From the NCBI GenBank assembly GCA_019116705.1, contig DXBF01000054.1, positions 93,304 to 157,303 on the forward strand: DNA of 64,000 bases, in the 5' to 3' direction. Of the stretch, positions 18,182-26,653 are shown piece after piece. The position numbers and the translations under genes were made by a program. Each line of letters opens with the position of its first letter. Positions within the stretch are counted from its first letter, which is position 1. The notes beneath the pieces are model-generated. The model searched no databases and was not told the origin of the DNA. It saw only the letters and a program-made list of their open reading frames with translations. Source of the stretch: Candidatus Gemmiger avistercoris (GTDB lineage: Bacteria > Bacillota > Clostridia > Oscillospirales > Ruminococcaceae).

Positions 18182-19044
18182 TACAGAAGATCCCGAACGC
18201 CGTCGTAAACTTTTTCCAGCACGGCGGCGTCGTTCATGGCATACAGGTGCACGCCGTCCGCGCCGCCTTCGATCAGGTCGCGCAGCTGCCGCACCGCATA
18301 GTCGATCCCCGCGTCATACAGGGCGGCCGGGTCGTCCTGCCAGCGGGAGATCATGCGGGTAAACTCCGAAGGCAGGCTGGCTGAAGAAAGCGCCACCGTG
18401 CGTTCGATCTGGCTGCGCCTGACAATGGGCATAACGCCCGCCGAGACCGGCAGCGTGATCCCGGCGCGCCGGGCCAGATTGAGGAAACGGTAAAAATGCA
18501 TATTGTCAAAGAAAAGCTGGGTGATCAGGTGTTCCGCCCCGGCTTCCTGTTTATAGCGCAGATTCTCCACATCTTCCCGCAGGGTCCCCGCCTCGGGGTG
18601 GCCTTCCGGGTAGCAGGCGCCGTGCAGGGAAAATCCGGGCTTGCGCGCCCTGATGAAAGCCATCAGGCTGCTGGCATGGGAAAAGTCCGGGCTTTCCGGC
18701 CGGGACGGGCTGCGGTCGCCTCGCAGGGCCAGCACGTCGCGTACGCCCGCCTGTTCCAGCTGTTCGAGGATCGCCGCTGCCTTTGCCGCGTCGTTGCCCA
18801 TGCAGATCAGGTGTGCAAGCGCCGGTATTCCCAGCTCTTTCTGGATGAAATCCGCCACTTCCACAGTGGAGACACCGCCCGCCGAGCCGCCTGCGCCGAA
18901 AGTCACGCTGATAAAGTCGGGATGCAGGAGCCCCATCGCCCGCAGCGCTGCCTGCAGTTTTTCCAGCTGGGTGGTCTGTTTGGGCGGAAAGCACTCCACC
19001 GAAAACACACAGCGTTTTGTCTTGAACAGTTCCGTGATCGTCAT
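18181..19044 (-). CDS. metF: 5,10-methylenetetrahydrofolate reductase
   Basis: SVECFPPK, SVTFGAGG, LALRGD, YPEGH, ITQLFFD, GVHLYAMN. Confidence 0.95.
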   Translation of the reverse strand: MTITELFKTKRCVFSVECFPPKQTTQLEKLQAALRAMGLLHPDFISVTFGAGGSAGGVSTVEVADFIQKELGIPALAHLICMGNDAAKAAAILEQLEQAGVRDVLALRGDRSPSRPESPDFSHASSLMAFIRARKPGFSLHGACYPEGHPEAGTLREDVENLRYKQEAGAEHLITQLFFDNMHFYRFLNLARRAGITLPVSAGVMPIVRRSQIERTVALSSASLPSEFTRMISRWQDDPAALYDAGIDYAVRQLRDLIEGGADGVHLYAMNDAAVLEKVYDGVRDLL

Positions 19045-19075
19045 CTTCGCTCTCCCTCATGTTTACTTGTCCCCG

Positions 19076-20092
19076 TCAGGCCGCCGCCTGCTGCGGCCCG
19101 CCCGCAGCGGACGCCTGCAGGGCGCCGTTTTCGTATGTAAAGGTGATGGTCCCCATCGTGTCGGTACGGTAGACCTCCGCCCCTGCCGCCTGCAGGCGGG
19201 CCAAAGTTTCCTGATGTGGATGTCCGTAATCGTTATCCAGCCCGCAGCTGATGGCCGCTGCCTGCGGCTGCACCGCCGAGAGCAGCGCTTCGCTGCTGGA
19301 AGTGGACGATCCGTGGTGGCCCGCCTTGTACAGCACCGCGTGCAAGTTGCTGCCGTAGCGGTCCACCAGCGCCTGTTCCGATTCCGTTTCGGCATCGCCT
19401 GTCCCCAGGTAACGGAACCCGCCCGCTTCAAACAGCAGGCAGAGGGAACCGTTGTTGGCGTCGTCTGCCGTCTGCATCCAGTCGCTGCCGCCCTGCAGGA
19501 TGTGGATGGCGCCGGACCCCAGTGTAAAGGCATCGCCCTCCGCGGTCTCGGTCACCAGCGTTCCCTCCCGGGCGGCCGTATCCAGGATGCCGTCGGGCCA
19601 GGCGGGTTCGCCTCCCTCCCCGGCGCGCCAGACCGGCAGCACCAGTTCCTCTACCGAGAGCCCTTCCAACACCGCCCCGGCGCCGCCGGTATGATCCGCA
19701 TGCGGGTGGGTGAGGATCAGATAACGCAGTTCCTTCACCCCGGCCAGCCGCAGGTCGCGCACCAGCGTATCCCGGGTATCGGCGGTGCCGGTGTCGATCA
19801 GGCAGTATTCCCCGTCCTGGCCGATCAGCACGGAGTCCCCCTGCCCCACGTCCAGCACCGTCACGGTGGTGCTGCTTTGTGCAAGAAGTTCGGCATCGGG
19901 GCCGTCCATCGGCACGCCCAGCGCCGTATAGAGCTGCGACCAGGTGGGGACCCCGCTTTGGCCGCCCCAGTGCTCCACCACAAAGGCAGCGCCCGCCAGC
20001 AGCAGCGCCGCCAGCAGGGTGAGGACCCGCCGCGCCGTCCGGCCTTTTCTGCGGCGGCGCTTTCTGTATTTACGTTTCGTCGTACTGGGCAT
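19076..20092 (-). CDS. Membrane-anchored ComEC/Rec2-type metallo-beta-lactamase-fold protein
   Basis: LDVGQGDS, THPHADHTGG, TGDAE, GHHGS, YGHPH; N-terminal basic stretch plus TM helix. Confidence 0.9.
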   Translation of the reverse strand: MPSTTKRKYRKRRRRKGRTARRVLTLLAALLLAGAAFVVEHWGGQSGVPTWSQLYTALGVPMDGPDAELLAQSSTTVTVLDVGQGDSVLIGQDGEYCLIDTGTADTRDTLVRDLRLAGVKELRYLILTHPHADHTGGAGAVLEGLSVEELVLPVWRAGEGGEPAWPDGILDTAAREGTLVTETAEGDAFTLGSGAIHILQGGSDWMQTADDANNGSLCLLFEAGGFRYLGTGDAETESEQALVDRYGSNLHAVLYKAGHHGSSTSSSEALLSAVQPQAAAISCGLDNDYGHPHQETLARLQAAGAEVYRTDTMGTITFTYENGALQASAAGGPQQAAA

Positions 20093-23000
20093 TCAGTTTC
20101 CGCTCCTGCCATTGGGCCTGGGTGACAAGCACCGCGCGGGGCTTCGCCCCCTCGTAAGGTCCAATGATCTTTTCCTGTTCCATCTGGTCCATGATGCGTG
20201 CGGCCCGGGCGTAGCCCAGCTTGCAGCGGCGCTGCAGCAGGCTGGTGGACGCCTGCCCGGCTTCGATGACGCACTCCACCGCCTGCTCGAACATCGGGTC
20301 CAGCGCACCGCCTCCGTCCTCGTCCTCGCCTTTCTTGCTGCCCTTTTCGGCCACGGCGCGGCGTTCCATCTCGGCGATCATCTCCTCGTCATACTGCGCC
20401 GAGGAGGTGGACTTGATAAAGCTCAGCACCGCGCCGATCTCCTCGTCGGTGACATAGGTGCCCTGCACGCGCACGGGCTTGGCCGCGCCCACCGGCAGGA
20501 ACAGCATATCGCCGTTGCCCAGCAGTTTCTCGGCGCCGGAAGCATCCAGGATGGTGCGGGAGTCGATCTGGCTGGACACCGCAAAAGCGATGCGGCTGGG
20601 GATGTTGGCTTTGATCAGGCCCGTGATGACGTCCACGCTGGGGCGCTGGGTAGCCACGATCAGGTGGATGCCCGCCGCACGCGCTTTCTGTGCGATGCGG
20701 CAGATATAATCTTCCACCTCCTTGCCCGCCACCATCATCAGGTCCGCCAACTCGTCGATGATGATCGCGATATAAGGCAGGTGCTCCATGCCTTTCTGGG
20801 CGGCCAGCTTGTTGTAGGCTTTGATCTCGCGGACATTGTTTTCCGCAAAAAGCTTGTAGCGGCGCTCCATCTCGGCCACGCTGGCCCCCAGCGCACCGGC
20901 GGCCTTGCGCGGTTCCGTGACCACCGGCATCAGCAGATGGGGGATGCCGTTGTATTCCGCCAGTTCCACGACTTTGGGGTCGATGAGGATAAGTTTGACA
21001 TCCTCCGGCCCGGAACGGAACAGGAAACTGATGATGATGGAGTTCACGCACACCGACTTGCCGCTGCCGGTGGAACCGGCGATCAGCAGATGGGGCATTT
21101 TGCACAGGTCCGCCACCTGGGCCGTACCGGCAATATCCTTGCCGAGCGCCATCGTCAGCGGGCTGCGCATGTTGATGTAGTTCTGGGACTCGAACACCGT
21201 GCGGATGTTGACGGTCGAACGGATCTTGTTGGGGACCTCGATGCCCACCGCCGGTTTGCCGGGGATCGGCGCCTCGATGCGCACGCCCGCCGTGGCCAGG
21301 TTCAGCGCAATATCGTCCGCCAGGCTGGTGATGCGGCTGACCTTGATGCCCGCCTGGGGCTGCAGTTCATACCGCGTGACCGAAGGGCCGCGGCAAATGT
21401 CCAGGATATGCGTCTTGACGCCGAAACTTTCCAGCGTGTTGACCAGCGTGTCGGCGTTTTTCTTCATTTCCCGCGCCGCCCCGGCTTCATCTTCGGGCCG
21501 GGTGGCGTTAAACAGGTTCAGCGACGGGTAGCAGTAGGGCTTGGGCGGCTCGGCTTCCCCGTCCTCCGCCACCCGTGCGGCCGCCTTGGCCGCCGAGGGC
21601 GGTGTGTAGAGCAGCGCAGCGGCAGAGTTGCCCACCGCCGTGCTGACCTGCAGGCGGGCAGCCTCCCCGCCGCGGGGCACCGTGAAGGAACGTTCGGTGC
21701 CGGTGGGTGCCGCCGGGGCCTGCGGCGCGTCCAGCAGATCGGAGAGCGGCCGCCCGGACTGCCAGGCGGCATCGGCCGCCCTGCCCACATCAAAACTGCC
21801 GTTCAGCGTGGGGATCGCGCCGCCGCGTGCCGGCGCGGCAGGCTGGGATTCCACCGGGGTGAGCGGGGTATCGAAAGATTCCGCCTGCGGTTCGGGCTGC
21901 AGCGACACCGCAAAGTCCTGCCGGGATTCCGGCTGGTACTCCGCAGGATCCTCCTGCGGCGTATAATAAGGCGCATGGCCGCTGACTGCGCGGTTGATGA
22001 GGGAATCGAGTTCGTCCCCCGTGGCCTGCGGTTCCTCCTGCTGCGGTTCCAGCTTGAGTTCAAAGTCCTCCTGCGGCTGCGGTTCCGGGGCCGGCGGTTG
22101 CCTGCGGGAACGCGAAGGATCCGACAGATGGGAAAGCGGGTCCATACCGAAGGTCCCGCCGGGTCCGATGGTCACCGGCTCCAGCGGATCGTGCTCCACC
22201 GCCTGTTTGAGAGCCTGTGTTTCCGGCCCCGGCCCCAGGTCCACATCGAAGGACGCTCTGGACGCGCCGCGCCGTCCCGCCGCCGCTGCGGCAGAGGCAG
22301 CGGAGGCCGCGGGCGCAGCAGAGGGCTGTGCCCCGCTTTGGGGAATACGGCCGGTGTCGGCGATCACATCATAGGCCGGATGGTGCGGGCGGCGGGCATC
22401 AGGCAGCGTGCCGGTCAGGTTCTCCAGCGGTTCTTCCTCCGGCTCTTCGCCAAACAGCTGGGTGTCGTAGGCTGCAACAGAAGCTTCCCGTTCCGCGCGG
22501 GCTTCTTTGAACTTGCGGTACTGCCCGTCCAGAAACTGGACCACGTCCACCGGTGTGATGGCAAAAAAGACCATCAACCCCAGCACAAAAACCAACAGCA
22601 TGATAAAGTTGGAAGCCGGCCGGCCAAACAGAGCGAGCAGCGTGGCCCCCACGGGCGCCCCCAGCACGCCGCCCTCCCAGAAACCGGTCTCGCCGCGCAT
22701 ATAGAGCATTTTGACAACTTCCCAGGGGCTGGCGCCGCTGACGGACACCTTGGAAAAGACCACCGGCACACCGGCGCAGAGGACAGCCATCAGCGTCACT
22801 TTCCCGGCGAACAGCGATACGCGGTACCCGGACGCCAGCAGATACGCCAGATAGAGCAGGAACGGCCCTACCAGGCAGGTCAGAATACCAAAGATGCCGA
22901 AGAACCCGCCGCGCATCGCCTTCCAGATGTTCTGGCCCGGCACCAGCACCATGGCGATGCAAAGCAGGCCCAGGCCTGCCAGCAGGACGCTGGGAAGCAG

Positions 23001-23156
23001 GTTGGGCGTTTCCGCCCGCCGTTTGGCGCGCCGGGACGCATTGTTTTTACTGCGGGAGGAAGCCGCACGGCCGGACGCGCTGCGGGAGCGGGATGCGCCG
23101 TTGCGGCTGGAAGTTGTTTTTCTTTTTCGGTTCTGATCGGAACTGGATCGCGCCAT
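20070..23156 (-). CDS. ftsK: DNA translocase FtsK/SpoIIIE
   Basis: 4-TM N-terminus, long linker, AGSTGSGKS, IIIDELADLMM, ATQRPSVD, gamma domain GYARAAR. Confidence 0.96.
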   Translation of the reverse strand: MARSSSDQNRKRKTTSSRNGASRSRSASGRAASSRSKNNASRRAKRRAETPNLLPSVLLAGLGLLCIAMVLVPGQNIWKAMRGGFFGIFGILTCLVGPFLLYLAYLLASGYRVSLFAGKVTLMAVLCAGVPVVFSKVSVSGASPWEVVKMLYMRGETGFWEGGVLGAPVGATLLALFGRPASNFIMLLVFVLGLMVFFAITPVDVVQFLDGQYRKFKEARAEREASVAAYDTQLFGEEPEEEPLENLTGTLPDARRPHHPAYDVIADTGRIPQSGAQPSAAPAASAASAAAAAGRRGASRASFDVDLGPGPETQALKQAVEHDPLEPVTIGPGGTFGMDPLSHLSDPSRSRRQPPAPEPQPQEDFELKLEPQQEEPQATGDELDSLINRAVSGHAPYYTPQEDPAEYQPESRQDFAVSLQPEPQAESFDTPLTPVESQPAAPARGGAIPTLNGSFDVGRAADAAWQSGRPLSDLLDAPQAPAAPTGTERSFTVPRGGEAARLQVSTAVGNSAAALLYTPPSAAKAAARVAEDGEAEPPKPYCYPSLNLFNATRPEDEAGAAREMKKNADTLVNTLESFGVKTHILDICRGPSVTRYELQPQAGIKVSRITSLADDIALNLATAGVRIEAPIPGKPAVGIEVPNKIRSTVNIRTVFESQNYINMRSPLTMALGKDIAGTAQVADLCKMPHLLIAGSTGSGKSVCVNSIIISFLFRSGPEDVKLILIDPKVVELAEYNGIPHLLMPVVTEPRKAAGALGASVAEMERRYKLFAENNVREIKAYNKLAAQKGMEHLPYIAIIIDELADLMMVAGKEVEDYICRIAQKARAAGIHLIVATQRPSVDVITGLIKANIPSRIAFAVSSQIDSRTILDASGAEKLLGNGDMLFLPVGAAKPVRVQGTYVTDEEIGAVLSFIKSTSSAQYDEEMIAEMERRAVAEKGSKKGEDEDGGGALDPMFEQAVECVIEAGQASTSLLQRRCKLGYARAARIMDQMEQEKIIGPYEGAKPRAVLVTQAQWQERKLNAQYDET

Positions 23157-23307
23157 AATAGACAGTACCCCTCTGTTACACTCACAAATCTATAAAAAAG
23201 AAATGGCCCTTTCGGGCCAAGCCGATATTCGGTTTTTATTTTATCACGAACCGAAGTGGTTGTAAATGGAAAAATCCGCTGCCGCCCCGATTTCACAGGC
23301 AGGACCC

Positions 23308-24027
23308 TCATGACTTTTTCTCGATCTCACGATACAGATACCGCAGCGCGTCCGACAAGCCGCCCAGTTCGTCGATCAGCCCTTCCTCCACTGCCTGCGG
23401 CCCGGCCAGCACCGTCCCCATATCCATGACCAGTTCCCCGGTGTTGTGCATCAGCGTGGTGAAGCGCTTGGCCGTGATGCCGGAATGCCCGGCCACAAAT
23501 CCCACGATGCGCTCCTGCATCTGCTCAAAATAGCGCAGGGTCTGCGGCACGCCCAGCACCATGCCGGAGTGGCGGACCGGATGCACGGTCATGGTAGCGG
23601 TGGGCACGATGAAGCTGCGCCGTGCCGATACCGCCAGCGGGATGCCGATGGAATGCCCGCCGCCCAGCACCAGGGTCGCGCTGGGCTTGCTGACGCCCGC
23701 GATGAGTTCCGCCAGTGCCAACCCCGCTTCCACATCGCCGCCCACTGTGTTGAGGATCACCAGCAGCCCTTCGATCCCGGGATCTTCCTCAATGTCTACC
23801 AGCTGCGGGATCACGTGCTCGTACTTGGTGGTTTTCTGACTGTCGGGCGCCAGGGTGTGCCCTTCGATGGTCCCGATCACCGTCAGACAGTGGATCGCAT
23901 GCCGCCCTTTGGTAGCGACCACGATCCCTTCTTCGGTGATCAGATCCTGTTCCAGCCGTTTGAGTTCGGCGCTTTCCGTCGGGTTGAAGGCCGCCTTTGC
24001 CTTTTTCTTTTTGGACGAGGGTTCCAT
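23308..24027 (-). CDS. tepA: ClpP-like protein TepA
   Basis: TTKYEHVIPQL, LNTVGGDVEAGLA, GGGHSIG; upstream of ftsK as in Bacillus. Confidence 0.88.
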   Translation of the reverse strand: MEPSSKKKKAKAAFNPTESAELKRLEQDLITEEGIVVATKGRHAIHCLTVIGTIEGHTLAPDSQKTTKYEHVIPQLVDIEEDPGIEGLLVILNTVGGDVEAGLALAELIAGVSKPSATLVLGGGHSIGIPLAVSARRSFIVPTATMTVHPVRHSGMVLGVPQTLRYFEQMQERIVGFVAGHSGITAKRFTTLMHNTGELVMDMGTVLAGPQAVEEGLIDELGGLSDALRYLYREIEKKS

Positions 24028-24066
24028 ATTCCGGCACTCCTTTTCTTCTGCTGCACTTTTTGCCTG

Positions 24067-24096
24067 GAGTATGCCCTTCTGCCGTACTGTTTATTC
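24067..24096 (-). promoter_or_regulatory. Candidate sigma-F/sigma-G promoter of tepA
   Basis: GAATA-N15-GGGCATACT (equivalently GAATA-N18-CATACT). Confidence 0.55.
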
Positions 24097-24178
24097 CTCC
24101 TCCCCGCCGTGCGTCTTTTGCCCTGCCGCAGAGCGCAAGAAATGTTCCCTTTTGCCCGCAGAAAACTTAGATAAAAAA

Positions 24179-24207
24179 TTGACAACTCTGCGGAGAGTAT
24201 TTATAAT
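24179..24207 (+). promoter_or_regulatory. Consensus sigma-A promoter of rex-tdk
   Basis: TTGACA-17-TATAAT. Confidence 0.85.
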
Positions 24208-24286
24208 ATGTTTATAAATCAGTGATTCGCCGCGGTGGAGCCACCCCCGCCGCGGGGATCGACTCCCTGTTGCGAGGTATGCTGCC

Positions 24287-24925
24287 ATGGCAATACAAAA
24301 CAAAGTATCTCTGCCGGTCATCAAACGGCTGCCCAAATATTACCGCTATCTTACCAATCTGGCCGCCGACGGGCGGGACAAGATCTCTTCCAGCGAACTT
24401 GCCCACATGATGGGCACCACCGCCAGCCAGGTACGGCAGGATTTCAACTGTTTCGGCGGCTTCGGGCAGCAGGGGATCGGCTATAAAGTCGATGTGTTGC
24501 GCGCCGAGATCGGCAAACTGCTTTTCGGCGACGGCGAACGCCTGCCCACCATCCTGATCGGCGCCGGACATCTGGGTTCCGCTGTTTCCAGTTTCATCAG
24601 CCGCGATACCAACGGCTACCGGCTGATCGGCGTGTTCGACATCAACCCCGACCTGTTCGGGAAAACGATGTGCGGCGTACCGATTTTGCCCCTTCATGAC
24701 CTGGCTGCCTTTTGCGCCGAACACCACCCGGAAGTTGCGGTCCTGTGCGTGCCGCGCCAGAGCGCCATCGATCTGGCGGGCGACCTGGTGACCTACGGCA
24801 TCAAAGGAGTATGGAATTTCAGCCACTACGACCTTTCGGTGGAGTACCCGGAACTGACGGTGGAGAACGTCCACCTGGGCGACAGCCTGATGAGCCTCGG
24901 CTACCGGCTGCGCAACAAAGAATGA
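24287..24925 (+). CDS. rex: Redox-sensing transcriptional repressor
   Basis: RLPKYYRYL, ASQVRQDF, GQQGIGY, IGAGHLG, WNFS. Confidence 0.96.
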   Translation: MAIQNKVSLPVIKRLPKYYRYLTNLAADGRDKISSSELAHMMGTTASQVRQDFNCFGGFGQQGIGYKVDVLRAEIGKLLFGDGERLPTILIGAGHLGSAVSSFISRDTNGYRLIGVFDINPDLFGKTMCGVPILPLHDLAAFCAEHHPEVAVLCVPRQSAIDLAGDLVTYGIKGVWNFSHYDLSVEYPELTVENVHLGDSLMSLGYRLRNKE

Positions 24926-24943
24926 CAGGAGGGCCCTTCCCCC

Positions 24944-25552
24944 ATGGCAAAACTGTATTTCCGTTACGGCGCAATGAACAGCGGCAAGACGACCGCTTTG
25001 ATGCAGGTGGCATACAACTACAAGGAGCGCGGCATGCGGGTGCTGATCCTCAAGCCCGCCGTGGACACCAAAGGGCAGGATTCCATCGTTTCCCGCCTGG
25101 GGATTCGCTGCAAAGTGGACGTGCTCGTAACGCCGGAAATGAACATCGTCTCGCTGGTGGAAGCCGACGCTGCCGCGCACGGCGCGCCTGCCTGCGTGCT
25201 GTGCGACGAAAGCCAGTTTTTCACCCGCGAGCAGGCCGACCAGCTGTTTCTGGTCACTGTGGACCTGGGCATTCCCGTGATCTGCTACGGGCTGCGCGCC
25301 GATTTCATGATGCGGGGTTTCCCCGGTTCCACCCGGCTGCTGGAACTGGCCCATACCATCGAAGAATTGAAAACCATCTGTTCCTGCGGCCGCAAAGCCA
25401 TCTGCAACGGGCGCAAGGTCAACGGTGAATTCGTCTTTGAGGGCGCCCAGATCGCCATTGATACCGTGGACAATGTGGAGTACCAGAGCCTGTGCCCCCA
25501 GTGTTGGTTCCGGGAGTACCGCGCCTTTTTGAACCGTCACGGCAAAGCCTGA
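24944..25552 (+). CDS. tdk: Thymidine kinase
   Basis: YGAMNSGKT, DESQF, YGLRADF, zinc cysteines CSCG and CPQC. Confidence 0.96.
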   Translation: MAKLYFRYGAMNSGKTTALMQVAYNYKERGMRVLILKPAVDTKGQDSIVSRLGIRCKVDVLVTPEMNIVSLVEADAAAHGAPACVLCDESQFFTREQADQLFLVTVDLGIPVICYGLRADFMMRGFPGSTRLLELAHTIEELKTICSCGRKAICNGRKVNGEFVFEGAQIAIDTVDNVEYQSLCPQCWFREYRAFLNRHGKA

Positions 25553-25572
25553 ACAGCGTGTTTTCCGCAGCG

Positions 25573-25614
25573 AGCAGACCGCCGGCCTTCTGTACAGAAG
25601 GCCGGCGGTCTGCT
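25573..25614. terminator. 42-bp perfect palindrome between convergent tdk and araC; probable bidirectional terminator
   Basis: AGCAGACCGCCGGCCTTCTGT|ACAGAAGGCCGGCGGTCTGCT. Confidence 0.7.
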
Positions 25615-26477
25615 TATTTGTTGACACGTTTATAGTACTGGCGGTACTGCTGGGGGGAGAGCCCTGTCGCATCCTTGAACACGCGCCGGAAATGGGCCGT
25701 GGTCATGAAGCCCGTTTTTTCCGCCACCGCAGCGATACTGTCCCCCGTCTTTTCGATACGGTTTTGCGCCGCCTTGATGCGCACGCCGTTGATGTATTCG
25801 ATCAGGCTGAGGTTGGTAGATTTTTTGAACAGGCGGCTGAGGTAATAGGGGCTGATATAAAACCGCCTGGCAATGTCGGTCAGGGTCAGTTTTTCGGCAT
25901 AATGCTGGGCGATGTATGCCTGGATCTGATCGACCACATGGTTGCTCACACGCCCTTTTTCGCCCCCTTGTTCCCGCTGTTCCCGGCAGAGGGCTTTGAG
26001 TTCCAGCAGCAGCGTGGCCAGCACCATTTTACGCATGGCTTCCCCCTCGCAGGAGTGATCCGCGTACAGCACAAGCAGCTGCTGCAGGATATTCTGGATA
26101 TGATTCTGCTGTTTGACGGTGATGCTGGACAAAAGGTGGTTGTGCTCCTCGGTAAGGAAGGAAAAGAAATCCACTTCCGGGAAAGATTCCGTAACTTTTT
26201 CCAGATATTCCCGGCTGAAATTCAGCACGATGCGGCTGGAGGGCGTATCCCCCAGGGAGGCCGTCTTATGGATCTGGTTTTCCCCGATCAGGACCACGCT
26301 GCCCGCATTTACGATGTAGGCGCAGTCCTCGATAAAATAGCGGCGCGTCCCCGCGATCTCGTAATAGATCTCAAATTTATGATGGATATGGAAACTGGGC
26401 ATGTCATAGCCCGTATCCCGGTCGATCCGCTCTACAAAAAAGTCATCCTGCGGGCAGTAGGTATATTCCGAAACCAT
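25614..26477 (-). CDS. AraC family transcriptional regulator
   Basis: Cupin HxH..E N-terminus; double HTH SPYYLSRLFK ... GLSPQQYR. Confidence 0.93.
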   Translation of the reverse strand: MVSEYTYCPQDDFFVERIDRDTGYDMPSFHIHHKFEIYYEIAGTRRYFIEDCAYIVNAGSVVLIGENQIHKTASLGDTPSSRIVLNFSREYLEKVTESFPEVDFFSFLTEEHNHLLSSITVKQQNHIQNILQQLLVLYADHSCEGEAMRKMVLATLLLELKALCREQREQGGEKGRVSNHVVDQIQAYIAQHYAEKLTLTDIARRFYISPYYLSRLFKKSTNLSLIEYINGVRIKAAQNRIEKTGDSIAAVAEKTGFMTTAHFRRVFKDATGLSPQQYRQYYKRVNK

Positions 26478-26653
26478 AGGACTCCCCTTTTGGCGGGCCG
26501 TTCTTTCCCGCCATACAATCTTTTTTTGTCATCTCCTTTAGAATAGCACATTTCTTGTTGCTTTTCAAATATTTTTTTGCAAGATTCGTTTCTTTTCACA
26601 TTTCAACACAAAAAACGCCGGAAGCGTTCCTTCCGGCGTCCTCATCATTCTGT

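Noticed and set aside
26443-26532. Possible uORF or poly-A phase-variable extension upstream of araC
   Set aside because: The SD abuts the ATG with no spacing, the A7 tract is short, and araC has its own GGGGAG RBS
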